A stretch of DNA of 64,000 nt from an uncultured bacterium (lineage in GTDB: Bacteria > Actinomycetota > Acidimicrobiia > Spongiisociales > UBA5794). Shown here in pieces: positions 1 to 9,582 of this stretch. Position 1 is the stretch's first letter. Each line of letters opens with the position of its first letter. The notes under the pieces are model-generated. The model saw nothing but the letters and a program-made list of their open reading frames with translations, was not told the origin of the DNA and did not search any database. The DNA lies in NCBI GenBank assembly GCA_963801165.1, contig CAWDDT010000011.1, positions 352,001-416,000 of the forward strand, read 5' to 3'. Position numbers and translations under genes: made by a program.

Positions 1-35
1 GGATTCACAGTCACCCCGGAGCCCGGCGTCCCCCG

Positions 36-425
36 TCAGCCTGCTTGGCCGACGTGATCGGCTACCCGGCCGGTTGCCCGGAATGGCCGAACCTCTATCG
101 GATGGCCGATCGCGGCAACGACCTTGTCGGCCCATGCCAGCGCCGCATCGAGATCGTCGGCGTTGAGGACGTAGAAGCCTGCGATGTGCTCCTTGGCCTC
201 GACGAAAGGTCCGTCGATCATGATGATGTCACCGTCGTGCGACCGAACCACGGTCGAGGCGTCGGGATCGTACAGCGCACCACCAAACACGAACGCGCCC
301 GCATCATCCATCTCGGCTTCGAGGGCGATAACCCGCTCCATGAATCTCTGCATTTCCTCAGGCGTCGTCGCGGCACCTTCGACCTCGCCTTCAACCGCAT
401 AGGTTGACAAAAGGTACTGGCTCAT
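36..425 (-). CDS. YciI/DGPF family protein
   Basis: 129 aa with the DGPFVEAKEHIAGFY signature and C-terminal IEVRP. Confidence 0.9.
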   Translation of the reverse strand: MSQYLLSTYAVEGEVEGAATTPEEMQRFMERVIALEAEMDDAGAFVFGGALYDPDASTVVRSHDGDIIMIDGPFVEAKEHIAGFYVLNADDLDAALAWADKVVAAIGHPIEVRPFRATGRVADHVGQAG

Positions 426-470
426 CAGAGCTCCTCTGCTTGGGGCGGGCTCTTCCCGCTCACACCCTAC

Positions 471-498
471 CTACGAACGGGATTCGCCGATGAGGACA
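471..498 (-). promoter_or_regulatory. Putative ECF41/ECF42-type promoter for the DGPF gene (TGTCCT-N17-CGTAG)
   Basis: Minus strand reads TGTCCTCATCGGCGAATCCCGTTCGTAG; resembles the TGTC...CGT promoters of DGPF-associated ECF sigma factors (recalled consensus). Confidence 0.45.
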
Positions 499-601
499 AC
501 GAATTACCGATGCAGTCGGTACGCAGCGACGGCAATGTGGGGTGACCGTCTCACTCCCCGCAAGCACAGAACCAATGAGACAATAAGGGGAGGAGGGCCG
601 C

Positions 602-1753
602 ATGCAGGTCATAAACGACAAGCTGAAGGTGTGGGCCAACGACCTCGACCAGGCGACTCTGGCACAGGCAGAGCGGACCGCGCGACTGCCCATCGTGACC
701 GGGCATGTTGCCCTCATGCCGGACGCGCATCTGGGGCTCGGCGCGACCATCGGGTCTGTAGTCCCCACCGAGGGCGCGGTTATCCCGGCATGCGTTGGAG
801 TCGACCTCGGCTGCGGCATGATCGCCGTTCACACCGACCTCGACGCCGGCGACCTACCGGACAATCTCGATCCCCTGCTCGGTCAGATCGAGAAGGCGAT
901 TCCCGCAGGGGTCGGCCGCGGACACAAGGTGCGAGAGGCGGACGCCTGGCTCGATGGGCACCGGCCCCGAACGGACATCACCGGTCGTCTCGAGCAGAAG
1001 GCCTATGCCCAGATGGGCACGCTCGGCTCGGGAAACCACTTCGCCGAGATCAGCCTCGACGAGCACAACGAGGTCTGGCTGGTCATCCACTCCGGTTCCC
1101 GAGGCATCGGCAATCTGCTGGCGCAGTCGCATATCACCAAGGCAAAGGCTGTCGCTGCGCGTCTCAGCCTCGGGTTGGAGGACCCGAACCTGGCGTACCT
1201 GCTCGAGGGCACCACCGAGTTCGACCACTACATCGCCGACCTACGGTTCGCCCAGGCGTATGCGCTGCAGAACCGGGAGACGATGATGGACGCCATACTC
1301 GACATCGTCCTCCGTTTCGTGGGCAAGGGTCGAGAGCTGGATCGGGTCAACTGCCACCACAACTACACCGAGCAGGAGACCCACCAGGGCCGGACCCTGT
1401 GGATCACCCGCAAGGGCGCCATCAGCGCCCGGAACGGTGAGAAGGGTATTCTGCCCGGGTCAATGGGAACGGACACGTACATCGTGTCCGGCCTCGGCAA
1501 CCCCGAGTCCTACCGCTCGAGCGCCCACGGCGCGGGACGCCGGATGTCCCGGACCCAGGCCAGGAAGCAGCTGACCACCAGGTCGCTGCGCGAGGCGATG
1601 CAGGGCCGGACCTGGCTGTCCGCTCGGGCCAAGGCGCTGGTCGACGAGCACCCGGACGCGTACAAGGACGTACGGGAGGTCATCCGGCTCTCCGCCGACC
1701 TGGTGACCGTGGACCATCGTCTCCGGGCCGTCCTCAACTACAAGGGGACCTGA
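602..1753 (+). CDS. rtcB: RtcB family RNA 3'-phosphate/5'-OH ligase
   Basis: Motifs MPDAHLG, VGVDLGCG, GSGNHF, HSGSRG, CHHNY, RKGA, PGSMG, AHGAGR, DEHPDAYK; RBS GGAGGAGG. Confidence 0.95.
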   Translation: MQVINDKLKVWANDLDQATLAQAERTARLPIVTGHVALMPDAHLGLGATIGSVVPTEGAVIPACVGVDLGCGMIAVHTDLDAGDLPDNLDPLLGQIEKAIPAGVGRGHKVREADAWLDGHRPRTDITGRLEQKAYAQMGTLGSGNHFAEISLDEHNEVWLVIHSGSRGIGNLLAQSHITKAKAVAARLSLGLEDPNLAYLLEGTTEFDHYIADLRFAQAYALQNRETMMDAILDIVLRFVGKGRELDRVNCHHNYTEQETHQGRTLWITRKGAISARNGEKGILPGSMGTDTYIVSGLGNPESYRSSAHGAGRRMSRTQARKQLTTRSLREAMQGRTWLSARAKALVDEHPDAYKDVREVIRLSADLVTVDHRLRAVLNYKGT

Positions 1754-1759
1754 CCTCCG

Positions 1760-2284
1760 CTACTTGCGGATGTGATTCGCCTTCATCGCGTGGACGTTGG
1801 CGGCAAAGACATCGTCGACGGTCACGAAGGCGTTCGGGTTCAAGGCCTTGATCACCCTGATCGCTTCGTTCTGGCGCCGGCGCGGTATCGCCAGGATCGT
1901 GAGCCGGACCTCGCCTTGACGACCCTCACCGTTGATTACGGTCGCTCCGAATCCGAGGTCCCGTAGCTCTCCGGCCACCGTCGGCGAGCCGTAGGGGGCG
2001 AGAACACGCAAGAAGACCTGGCCCGAGGCGATCAACTCGTCGAGAAAACCGCCGAGGACCGTGCCTAGCCCAAAGCCACTGGCGTATGCGACAGCCTTCC
2101 ACCATTGGTCGAGATCGGAGAGAACGAGCCCGGCGGCTATCAACCAGGTCAGCGATTCGAAGAACCCGAGCGAACCGGCAATCATGCGCCGTCCTCGCAC
2201 CAAATACTGAATACGTAGTGAGCCGATCGACACGTCGATGAGGCGGAGGGCGATGATGCCGAGGACAACGGCGGCTACATACAT
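1760..2284 (-). CDS. UPF0316/DUF2179-type membrane protein
   Basis: RLIDVSIGSLR, LGFFESLTW, AYASGFGLGT, GATVINGEGRQG, NPNAFVTV pattern. Confidence 0.8.
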   Translation of the reverse strand: MYVAAVVLGIIALRLIDVSIGSLRIQYLVRGRRMIAGSLGFFESLTWLIAAGLVLSDLDQWWKAVAYASGFGLGTVLGGFLDELIASGQVFLRVLAPYGSPTVAGELRDLGFGATVINGEGRQGEVRLTILAIPRRRQNEAIRVIKALNPNAFVTVDDVFAANVHAMKANHIRK

Positions 2285-2335
2285 GGCTCGGAAACTCTAG
2301 CGGCAGGCCCCGAGCTATCCCGGTTGGTCGACCCC

Positions 2336-3016
2336 TCAGTCGACCCGGACGAGCGCTGCCTCCGGGGCACGCTCGATCCCAAAACTCAACGCCGTCTCGT
2401 CGAGGATCAAGTTGAGCTGCATCCCGGGTGGTGTTGCCACCGCGGCGACCACGTCATTGGCGATGTAGAGGTCGATGATCTCCTGCCCGAAGTGCTCGAC
2501 GGGCGACAGGCCGCTGACATCCAGCTCGCTGATCTTGTCGGACAGCTCCGCGCCGACCGACTTGGCCAGGGCACGCTTGCGCACCGCCAATTTCCAGAAC
2601 GTCCGTGCCGGATCGTGCGAGCCGGCGACCTTCAGCTGTTCGTCCAGCGTGAACTCGTCTGAGATCCGTTGTGGCAACTCAACGTCGTCGCCGAGTCGTT
2701 TGGCAGCCACGCCGATGCCCTGGCGAAAAGCCGTCGCCAGAACCGCCAGGCTGCCGGTATAACTGAAGCTGAAGGACAGATCGGTGACGGGTGACACGAC
2801 TTCGTCACGGTTTGACCGGCCACCGCGCAGCCGCACCAACGACGGAGGGTAGCGAAGGTAGTCTGCCAGCGCTCGTCTCAGCCAGGTCCGCGCCACCAGA
2901 TACTCGCCGCGGCCCACCACCGAGTCGATGGTGCCGGCATGTAGTAGCTCGGACGTTGCCAGTAGCCCGCGATCGATCTCGCCGCCGCAAGCATCAGCAA
3001 CCACGATGTCCACCAT
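2336..3016 (-). CDS. Sfp-type 4'-phosphopantetheinyl transferase-like protein with degenerate catalytic motifs
   Basis: ARTWLRRALADYL, LSFSFSYTG, GIGVAAK, FWKLAVRKRALAKSVG align to Sfp motifs; start uncertain (3016 or up to 3112). Confidence 0.65.
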   Translation of the reverse strand: MVDIVVADACGGEIDRGLLATSELLHAGTIDSVVGRGEYLVARTWLRRALADYLRYPPSLVRLRGGRSNRDEVVSPVTDLSFSFSYTGSLAVLATAFRQGIGVAAKRLGDDVELPQRISDEFTLDEQLKVAGSHDPARTFWKLAVRKRALAKSVGAELSDKISELDVSGLSPVEHFGQEIIDLYIANDVVAAVATPPGMQLNLILDETALSFGIERAPEAALVRVD

Positions 3017-3194
3017 ACGAGCGAACACGCTCCACCACTCTCTGTTTAGTCTGACCACTAAGAGTAGTCTCGGCACAGGGGCGCCTGGATCCGGCCACCC
3101 AGGATGGGTCAAGCTGCAGCCACCGACCGGCGTTCGCCGGCTTGTGGCACAATGCTCCTCTCAGTCTGGCTCATCTCAGCCTGGAGGATTTCAG

Positions 3195-4046
3195 TTGGAC
3201 AAGATCGGAGCAATGATCCGCCGCGACATCCCGCCCGCAAAGGTGGTCGAGTATGCCCGCGCCATCGAGGACGGATTCGACGAGCTGTGGGTCGTCGAGG
3301 ATCTGCCGTACGCGGGCGGGATCAGCCAGGCATCGGCGGTACTCGCGGCCACGTCGTCTGTAGCCGTCGGCCACGGTGTCGCTCCTGCCCCGTTCCGCAA
3401 CCCGGCGGCGCTTGCCATGGAATGGGCCACGCTCGCCGGGCTCTACCCGGGACGGTTCATCGGCGGTATCGGTCACGGCGTACAGAAATGGATGGAGCAG
3501 GTCGGTGATCGAGTCGGCTCGCCGTTGACGCTGCTCGCCGAGACGATCACTGCGGTGCGGCAACTGCTGGCCGGGGAGTCGGTGACGGTGAACGGCAGAT
3601 ACGTTCAGATCGACGATCTGCGACTCGAGTTTCCTCCCGAGCAAGCGCCCCTGGTCCTCGCCGGTGTCACCGGTCCCAAGTCGCTGGTGGTCTCAGGTGC
3701 AGTTGCCGACGGGACGGTCATCTCGGAGGGGCACGGCCCGGACGACATCCAACGTGTCCGCGAGCTCACGTCGCGTGGAGCTCGAGAGGCGGGGCGAACC
3801 GAACCACATCAGCTCACGGTCTTCGCGGCGTTCTACGTCGGCGATCCCGAAGGTCGAGCGGAAGCCAACCCCGATGCCATAACAGGATGGGAGGCGGTCG
3901 GTGGCGACCCCGCCGGTGTGTCCGCCAGCCTCCAGACCCTCATCGACGCGGGAGCGGACTCGATTGTGCTCGTCCCTCTGGGCAAAGACACTGCTCAGCA
4001 GCTGCAACTGGCGAGAACCGAGATCATCCCGAACCTGGTGCGCTGA
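3195..4046 (+). CDS. LLM-class flavin-dependent oxidoreductase
   Basis: GFDELWVVED, RNPAALAMEWATL, GRFIGGIGHG, GPKSL; TTG start after GGAGG. Confidence 0.85.
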   Translation: MDKIGAMIRRDIPPAKVVEYARAIEDGFDELWVVEDLPYAGGISQASAVLAATSSVAVGHGVAPAPFRNPAALAMEWATLAGLYPGRFIGGIGHGVQKWMEQVGDRVGSPLTLLAETITAVRQLLAGESVTVNGRYVQIDDLRLEFPPEQAPLVLAGVTGPKSLVVSGAVADGTVISEGHGPDDIQRVRELTSRGAREAGRTEPHQLTVFAAFYVGDPEGRAEANPDAITGWEAVGGDPAGVSASLQTLIDAGADSIVLVPLGKDTAQQLQLARTEIIPNLVR

Positions 4047-4896
4047 GCTGCCGCGCTCCGAGAGCGGCGCACGAGTACGAGGCGACCCGACCGGCTGCAG
4101 CCAGGGCGTCGAACGAACTACGGCCTTCGGCGTAACGGTAATGAAGATAGGCGCCGTGCAACACATCGCCGGCTCCGGTGGTATCCACCACCTCAACCTG
4201 CGGGACCTCGATCTCGGCCAAACCATACTCATCGACCGTCGCGATCGGCTGAGGGCCGCGGCTGGCCGCGACCAGCTCCGCCCCGTATTCCTCCCGCATC
4301 CCCACCACCGCCTCTGCCGGCGTTGCCGCCTCAAGCCCTGGCGGGCGAAAAGTCGCGGTCATGACAATGTCGGTCGCCACCGGCAAGAGATCGGCGAACA
4401 CCGGACGCCAGCGACCACAGTCGAGCACGATCGGAACCCCGGCGGCTGCAGCCATCGCCGCCAGCATCGTTTGCAGCCGCGGGTAGTGCCCGTCGAGCAG
4501 GACGGCCGACACCCCTTCGAGCTGCACCAGCTCAGGCCGACCCTCGACCTCGGATCGTCTGTTGTCGGTTGAGAGGATTGTCCGCTCGCCGGTCTGATCG
4601 ATCCACACGCTTGCTACGGGCAAATCGATCGACGGCTCGTGGTCCACCACGGCCACGCCGTACCGCCGCAGACAGTCGCTCGCCTGCAACGAGAACGGCC
4701 CTGTCCCGAACACCGAGTGCACCTCCGCGTCGCTCCCCAGCAGCGCGGCGGTCACGGCAGCGTTGGCGACCGGGCCGCCCACGTCGAAGTACGAGGTAGC
4801 CGCCGTCCCCTTTTGGCCGCGCTCAGGCAGCGCGTCTGCGAAGTACGCCAGATCGAATGTCGTCAACCCGCCGCACACGAACCGGGCCACGGTCAC
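4024..4896 (-). CDS. PfkB family carbohydrate kinase
   Basis: GGPVANAA and VVDTTGAGDVLHGAY signatures. Confidence 0.9.
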   Translation of the reverse strand: MTVARFVCGGLTTFDLAYFADALPERGQKGTAATSYFDVGGPVANAAVTAALLGSDAEVHSVFGTGPFSLQASDCLRRYGVAVVDHEPSIDLPVASVWIDQTGERTILSTDNRRSEVEGRPELVQLEGVSAVLLDGHYPRLQTMLAAMAAAAGVPIVLDCGRWRPVFADLLPVATDIVMTATFRPPGLEAATPAEAVVGMREEYGAELVAASRGPQPIATVDEYGLAEIEVPQVEVVDTTGAGDVLHGAYLHYRYAEGRSSFDALAAAGRVASYSCAALGARQLSAPGSG

Positions 4897-4981
4897 CTCC
4901 TCATCTCCTCGCGGCGCGGCGGAACGATCGCAGACTCACCGCTTCGATCGAGGACGCGCAGGATGCACTAGCGTGCGTTGC

Positions 4982-5410
4982 ATGCGATACTCGATAGGGC
5001 TTCTCGCCATGGCTCTTGCCGCGTGCTCCAGCGCTAGCGGCGTGCTGGCGATCAGCGATTCCTGGGCGCCGTCCATGCCACCAAACGCCCCGACCGCCGC
5101 GATCTACCTCACCATCGACAACGAGACCGGCATCGATGACCAGCTGCTTACGGTGTCCTCGCCGCGATGCGGCACCACCGAGATCCACTCCACCACCATC
5201 GATGAGAACCAGGTCATGAAGATGCGGCCCGCGACCCCCGAGCAACTGCAAATCCCGGCGGGAGACAAGCTGGAGATGATGCCTGGTGGGCTGCACGTGA
5301 TGTGCATCGACCCCACGGCACCTCTCGCAGATGGCGAGATGCTCGATGTGACGGTGACTTTCGAAAAGGCCGGCGACATCGCGATCACGACACCCGTTGA
5401 GGATCGCTGA
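4982..5410 (+). CDS. PCu(A)C copper chaperone lipoprotein
   Basis: Lipobox LAAC; AAIYLTI, EIHSTT...MKMR, PGGLHVM; TAGCGT -10 box 7 nt before ATG. Confidence 0.9.
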   Translation: MRYSIGLLAMALAACSSASGVLAISDSWAPSMPPNAPTAAIYLTIDNETGIDDQLLTVSSPRCGTTEIHSTTIDENQVMKMRPATPEQLQIPAGDKLEMMPGGLHVMCIDPTAPLADGEMLDVTVTFEKAGDIAITTPVEDR

Positions 5411-5433
5411 GAACCCGGACCGGGTGATGAAGG

Positions 5434-5892
5434 TCACGGCCTACCCAGCCTGGTCTTCGAAGTGTCGGCCGCATCGGCAACCGCTCTCAAGAACCGGGTT
5501 ATCGCTGCGAGCTCGCCGTCGGTGAACGAGTCGGCAAGGTCGGTGATGGCGTCGTTCATCGGTCGGAACAGACGCAGCAGTTCCGGCCCCCGACTTCTTA
5601 TGGGCCGGATGATCGTTCGCCGGCGATCGCCGGGATCCCGGTCACGTTCTATCCAACCGCCGTTCTCCAGCCTGTCGAGCACACCGGTGAGCGTCGCCGG
5701 ATGAATGCCGGTGCGTCCGACGATCTCGCTCGGTGTCGCTGCGCCATCGCGAGCCAGCATGTCGAGCACCGTCAGGTCCTGACCCCTCAGCTCGAGGTGC
5801 GCCCCGACCAGATGGTTGAGTGTCGACAGCCCGGCGCCGGCGGCACGGAGCGCCTCTCTCAGATCTGCTATCAACCGGGTTCGTTCAGTCAT
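5434..5892 (-). CDS. MarR family transcriptional regulator
   Basis: TLTGVLDRLENGGWIERDRDPGDRRR winged helix. Confidence 0.9.
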   Translation of the reverse strand: MTERTRLIADLREALRAAGAGLSTLNHLVGAHLELRGQDLTVLDMLARDGAATPSEIVGRTGIHPATLTGVLDRLENGGWIERDRDPGDRRRTIIRPIRSRGPELLRLFRPMNDAITDLADSFTDGELAAITRFLRAVADAADTSKTRLGRP

Positions 5893-5942
5893 TTCGGTTT
5901 TCGTATAATATGGGATTCATAATAGATCTGAGGAGGTCACTC

Positions 5943-6398
5943 GTGAACCAGTATCGCCACACATGGTTCGCCCGTCTATTCAACCGCATCGTCACTCGAC
6001 TGATCAGATGGGGCGTTCCCATGGGACCGATGGCCCTGCTGACCGTTGCCGGTAGGAAAACCGGACTCCCCCGCAGCACCCCGATCGCGGTGGCACCGCA
6101 TCCGGACGGCTGGCGGCTTATCGCGCCGTATGGCGCGGTGCAATGGGTTCGGAACCTGCGCGCCGCCGGCACCGCGACGTTGACCAGGCGTGGCTCCACC
6201 CGGACCGTCGCAGCGTCAGAGGTCCCCGTCGATGAGGCCGGGCAGCTGCTACGGCAGAGCCTCTCGGAGACGGGCTTCATGGTCAGACGCTTGTTGTCCC
6301 CGTACTTCGAGGCGACGCTGTCAGGTGACGCCGCAGCCTGGGAAGCCGAGGCCCTCACCCACCCCGTGTTCATCCTGCAAGAGCGACCAGAGAGCTAG
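5943..6398 (+). CDS. Deazaflavin (F420)-dependent nitroreductase family protein
   Basis: LLTVAGRKTGLPRSTP, WVRNLRAAG, HPVF; GTG after GAGGAGG; divergent from MarR. Confidence 0.85.
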   Translation: MNQYRHTWFARLFNRIVTRLIRWGVPMGPMALLTVAGRKTGLPRSTPIAVAPHPDGWRLIAPYGAVQWVRNLRAAGTATLTRRGSTRTVAASEVPVDEAGQLLRQSLSETGFMVRRLLSPYFEATLSGDAAAWEAEALTHPVFILQERPES

Positions 6399-6964
6399 CG
6401 ACGCCGCCGACCCGGACCGGCGGCGACACCGAGCCACCACAGAAAGCCCAGGCCGGCGAGCTCGACGAGATGCTGCGACTCTTTCACGAGCGTGCTCGCT
6501 CCGTTCACCAGGTCGATGAGCGCCGAGACGGTGAGAGCAAACGTGAAGGCGGCCGCAAACGGAACCATGCCGTAGGCGCGATCCGGCCGCCAGGCGACGG
6601 AAAGGAAAGCAAGTCCGAGCGCGACGTCGAACGCCGCCTGGTGACGCTCGAGATGGATCGCTGATCCGCTGCCGGCTGAGAACATGGCGACAATATGCCC
6701 CCCGATCAAGAGCACCGCAGCCAGGGCGAGGGCAAACCGAATCCAGCGGTGTAGCGCAAACCGCTCCGGGAGGGCCGACACCGAAACCGCCGTTGGCGAC
6801 CCGGCCGTGACGGGGTGCATCGTGGCCCGCCGCAGCCGATGCGCGGCCTCCTGCCAACTGCGACACGCGGCACAATGTGCGAGGTGGTCGCGAACGGGCT
6901 CGCCAATGGGCACGCCGACGTCTATCGCCTCCGATATCGCCAGCCGTGCCGCGTCGCACTCCAT
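6395..6964 (-). CDS. zf-HC2 anti-sigma-like membrane protein
   Basis: MECDAARLAISEAID...HLAHCAACRSW (HxxxCxxC), then about 4 TM helices containing His residues. Confidence 0.8.
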   Translation of the reverse strand: MECDAARLAISEAIDVGVPIGEPVRDHLAHCAACRSWQEAAHRLRRATMHPVTAGSPTAVSVSALPERFALHRWIRFALALAAVLLIGGHIVAMFSAGSGSAIHLERHQAAFDVALGLAFLSVAWRPDRAYGMVPFAAAFTFALTVSALIDLVNGASTLVKESQHLVELAGLGFLWWLGVAAGPGRRRR

Positions 6965-7019
6965 GGCGACATTCTCGCAGCAACTGGCGACACCGACCGC
7001 TCCATGGAAGACTGCCACT

Positions 7020-7547
7020 GTGGATCGGACGACAGTTCTGGCAATGCGTGCGAAGACCGGGGACCGCCGGGCTCTCGACGAGTTCGTCACGACGACCCTC
7101 CCCGACGTGCTCCGCGTGTGTCATTACCTGGGCCAACCATCGGACCCCGAAGACCTCGCCCAGGAGACCTACGCCAGGGCCTTCAGCGCCATCCACCGCT
7201 TCCGCGGTGATGGATCGGCACGCGCCTGGCTACTGTCGATCGCCCGGCGGGTCTGTGCCGACGCCACAAGACGGGAGATACGCGAGCGCCGGCTCGACCA
7301 GAAGCTCGTAGCTGATCTCATCCACGCCGACCACCACGACGAGACGTGGCTCGAAGTCGATGAGCTGCTCACCATCCTCGACGAGGACCGCCGCACCGCC
7401 TTCGTGCTCACCCAGTTCGTCGGGTTGTCGTACGAGGAAACCGCCGAGACGATGCACTGCCCCATCGGCACCGTCAGATCCCGAGTGGCACGAGCCCGCC
7501 AGCAGCTGCTCGACCACGAGCGGCCCGGCAAGGCCGACGAGCGCTGA
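7020..7547 (+). CDS. sigC: ECF sigma factor, SigC-like
   Basis: EDLAQETYARAFSAIHRFRGDGSARAWLLSIARRVCAD and GLSYEETAETMHCPIGTVRSRVARAR resemble actinobacterial SigC; start 7020 or 7044. Confidence 0.8.
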   Translation: MDRTTVLAMRAKTGDRRALDEFVTTTLPDVLRVCHYLGQPSDPEDLAQETYARAFSAIHRFRGDGSARAWLLSIARRVCADATRREIRERRLDQKLVADLIHADHHDETWLEVDELLTILDEDRRTAFVLTQFVGLSYEETAETMHCPIGTVRSRVARARQQLLDHERPGKADER

Positions 7548-7571
7548 CGTCGTCAGAATCTCGAGGTTCGT

Positions 7572-7599
7572 GGGAACCGCGAAGGCGGCTATTCCGACT
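7572..7599 (+). promoter_or_regulatory. SigC-type promoter GGGAAC-N17-CGACT
   Basis: GGGAAC (7572-7577), 17 nt, CGACT (7595-7599), upstream of the PCu(A)C gene. Confidence 0.75.
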
Positions 7600-7634
7600 T
7601 GTATGCACGAGACCGCGTGCGTACGGAGGGACCA

Positions 7635-8090
7635 ATGAGAAGGGTGATTCTGCTGTTGGCCCTGCTGGGGCTGCTCGCCGGGTGCGGCGGCGGGGACGCC
7701 CTCACCGTGGCAGGCCAGTGGGCCCGCAATAGCCCGATGGCCGTAGACAGCGGCGCTGTCTACATGAACTTGACAAGCGCAGACGGCGATCGCCTTCTCT
7801 CCGCAAGCGTCGATCCGAGCGTCGCATCGACCGTAGAGGTGCACGAGACAACCCCGGTCGACGGTGAGACCGATGAGGCCGGCACGGCCATGATGACGAT
7901 GCGGCCGGTAGATTTCATCGACCTTCCGGCCGGCGAAGAAGTGCCCCTGGAACCCGGTGGATACCACATCATGCTGATCGGCCTAGCCGAGCCGCTCGTT
8001 GTCGGCGAGAAGTTCGACATCACACTGAGGTTCGAGAACTACGGCGAGAAGAGCGTCGAGGTCGAAGTAATGGAGGATGCGCCCAAGTAA
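7635..8090 (+). CDS. PCu(A)C copper chaperone lipoprotein (second copy)
   Basis: LLAGC lipobox; GAVYMNL, VEVHET...MMTMRP, LEPGGYHIMLIGL. Confidence 0.92.
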   Translation: MRRVILLLALLGLLAGCGGGDALTVAGQWARNSPMAVDSGAVYMNLTSADGDRLLSASVDPSVASTVEVHETTPVDGETDEAGTAMMTMRPVDFIDLPAGEEVPLEPGGYHIMLIGLAEPLVVGEKFDITLRFENYGEKSVEVEVMEDAPK

Positions 8091-8114
8091 TACAGATGAG
8101 CCATCGATCTCCGT

Positions 8115-8216
8115 AAGTCTTCCTACCGGCGGGGGCGAAGCCGTTATCTCCCTCACCGTTTACACGGTGCAGGTCTCCCTCCCCAAAACGGCCAACCCCC
8201 GCCGGAAGGTTGACTT
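8115..8216. repeat. ~100-nt nested inverted repeat between convergent genes
   Basis: AAGTC..CCGGCGGGGG pairs with CCCCCGCCGG..GACTT; inner pairs GCCGTT/AACGGC and CACCGT/ACGGTG. Confidence 0.7.
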
Positions 8217-9220
8217 CATGGTCGGACCGGAACCTCGTGTGCCGGACGCACCATGTCTAGGAGAACGGCGGTCACGACACCGCAAGCGCAGACCAGCACC
8301 GCGGCACCGATGAAGCGGTCGATCCAGAACGGGAGGCGGCTGGGCAGTATCGATGCCCGGAGCCAGTCCCAGCGCCGGACTCCCCAGATCACCAGTTCTG
8401 TTGCGCCAAGGAACTGGAGCGTTCGCTGAGAGCCGGCCGTCAACCGCTGCCCGCTAACCAACCCGATGGCGCTGAGTGCGAGCGCCGTCGCAGGCAATGC
8501 CCACTGCGCCCAGGGCGGGCCGGTCTCAGCTGGAACCGAGGCATATGCGGCAATGCCAACGGTCGCCGCCGACACGGCGGCGCCGATCAGGATCACCGCG
8601 ATCACCCTCCCTCGCAGGTGCAGGGCCGCAAACGCAGCCAGCAGGCCGATCGTCGCTCCGAGCACGACCGGCACACCAGAAGGGGGAGGCTGCCAGACCG
8701 ACGCCACGGTCACGTCGACGGCAACACCGTCGACTATGAGCGGGATGACACCTTCGGCTATCTCATCTCCCGGGACTTTGCCCGGGGGCCGGATCGAAGC
8801 CATCCAGTGGGTCCGGTGGTCGTGCCACGCAAAGGAACCGTCTCCGGCTACGACCATCCAGTCGGGAACAGCACCCGCATCGGCCTCGTCGGGAATCGCG
8901 ACTGCAGCGTAACGGTCACGGTTGAGGTATCGGGAGGGAGAGAGCCGGTTCTCCTCGACCGTCCCATCCGCCGAGAACCGAAGATACGGCTCGCCGGAGT
9001 AGCCGATGACATCGACCGTGACACCGCGCTCTGCGGTGAGCACAACAAACGAGTCTCCGCCCACGATCTCGACATCGATGCCCGGTACGTTTGGTTCGAT
9101 TTCGATGACGCTGCTCAGGTAGTCGGTCGGTCCCGGCGGATCGGCGGCAGCAATCGCGGCACCGGCGAGCATCCACACGATCACCAACAACCCTCCCAGG
9201 AGAAAGCGCGGCCCGCTCAC
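8216..9220 (-). CDS. Conserved exported/membrane protein of unknown function
   Basis: Signal peptide, GYSGEPYLR and AWHDHRTHWM motifs, C-terminal TM helices; GTGA-coupled to the upstream gene. Confidence 0.75.
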   Translation of the reverse strand: MSGPRFLLGGLLVIVWMLAGAAIAAADPPGPTDYLSSVIEIEPNVPGIDVEIVGGDSFVVLTAERGVTVDVIGYSGEPYLRFSADGTVEENRLSPSRYLNRDRYAAVAIPDEADAGAVPDWMVVAGDGSFAWHDHRTHWMASIRPPGKVPGDEIAEGVIPLIVDGVAVDVTVASVWQPPPSGVPVVLGATIGLLAAFAALHLRGRVIAVILIGAAVSAATVGIAAYASVPAETGPPWAQWALPATALALSAIGLVSGQRLTAGSQRTLQFLGATELVIWGVRRWDWLRASILPSRLPFWIDRFIGAAVLVCACGVVTAVLLDMVRPAHEVPVRP

Positions 9221-9582
9221 GCCGCCACTCTGAGGACGATCCGTCCCGACGGGTGCACGGTGCAGTCCCCGATGAAAGTCCCGGGGGAGCTGAAACGCTG
9301 GCGTAGGGTTTCCCCCTTGCCAACGAAGAATGGCCCGATGAGATGGCCGCGGTCGTCCTCGTTGACAATCTCGATGACCTCGCCCACTTTCACGTCGAGC
9401 TCCTCGGGGAGGATGTCGAGCGACTCCCCCCGATCGATGGCCTCGCCCGACCCGGCGGGAATCACGTACGCATAGTCTGGAGGCCGGCGGGAGTCATCGT
9501 TGGCGAAAAGCCCGTCTTGCGCCGCGCTGCACCCCGACGCAAGCAGGGCGCCGGCTAGGACTACTGCCAGCAAGTGTCTCAC
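9217..9582 (-). CDS. Cupredoxin-like lipoprotein
   Basis: LASGC lipobox; NEDDRGHLIGP and GDCTVHPSG copper-site-like motifs. Confidence 0.7.
   Translation of the reverse strand: MRHLLAVVLAGALLASGCSAAQDGLFANDDSRRPPDYAYVIPAGSGEAIDRGESLDILPEELDVKVGEVIEIVNEDDRGHLIGPFFVGKGETLRQRFSSPGTFIGDCTVHPSGRIVLRVAA

Noticed and set aside
4920-4950. Third SigC box before the first PCu(A)C gene
   Set aside because: GGAAC is present but the CGA-type box lies at 19-nt spacing; a leaderless housekeeping-type -10 explains the start better.
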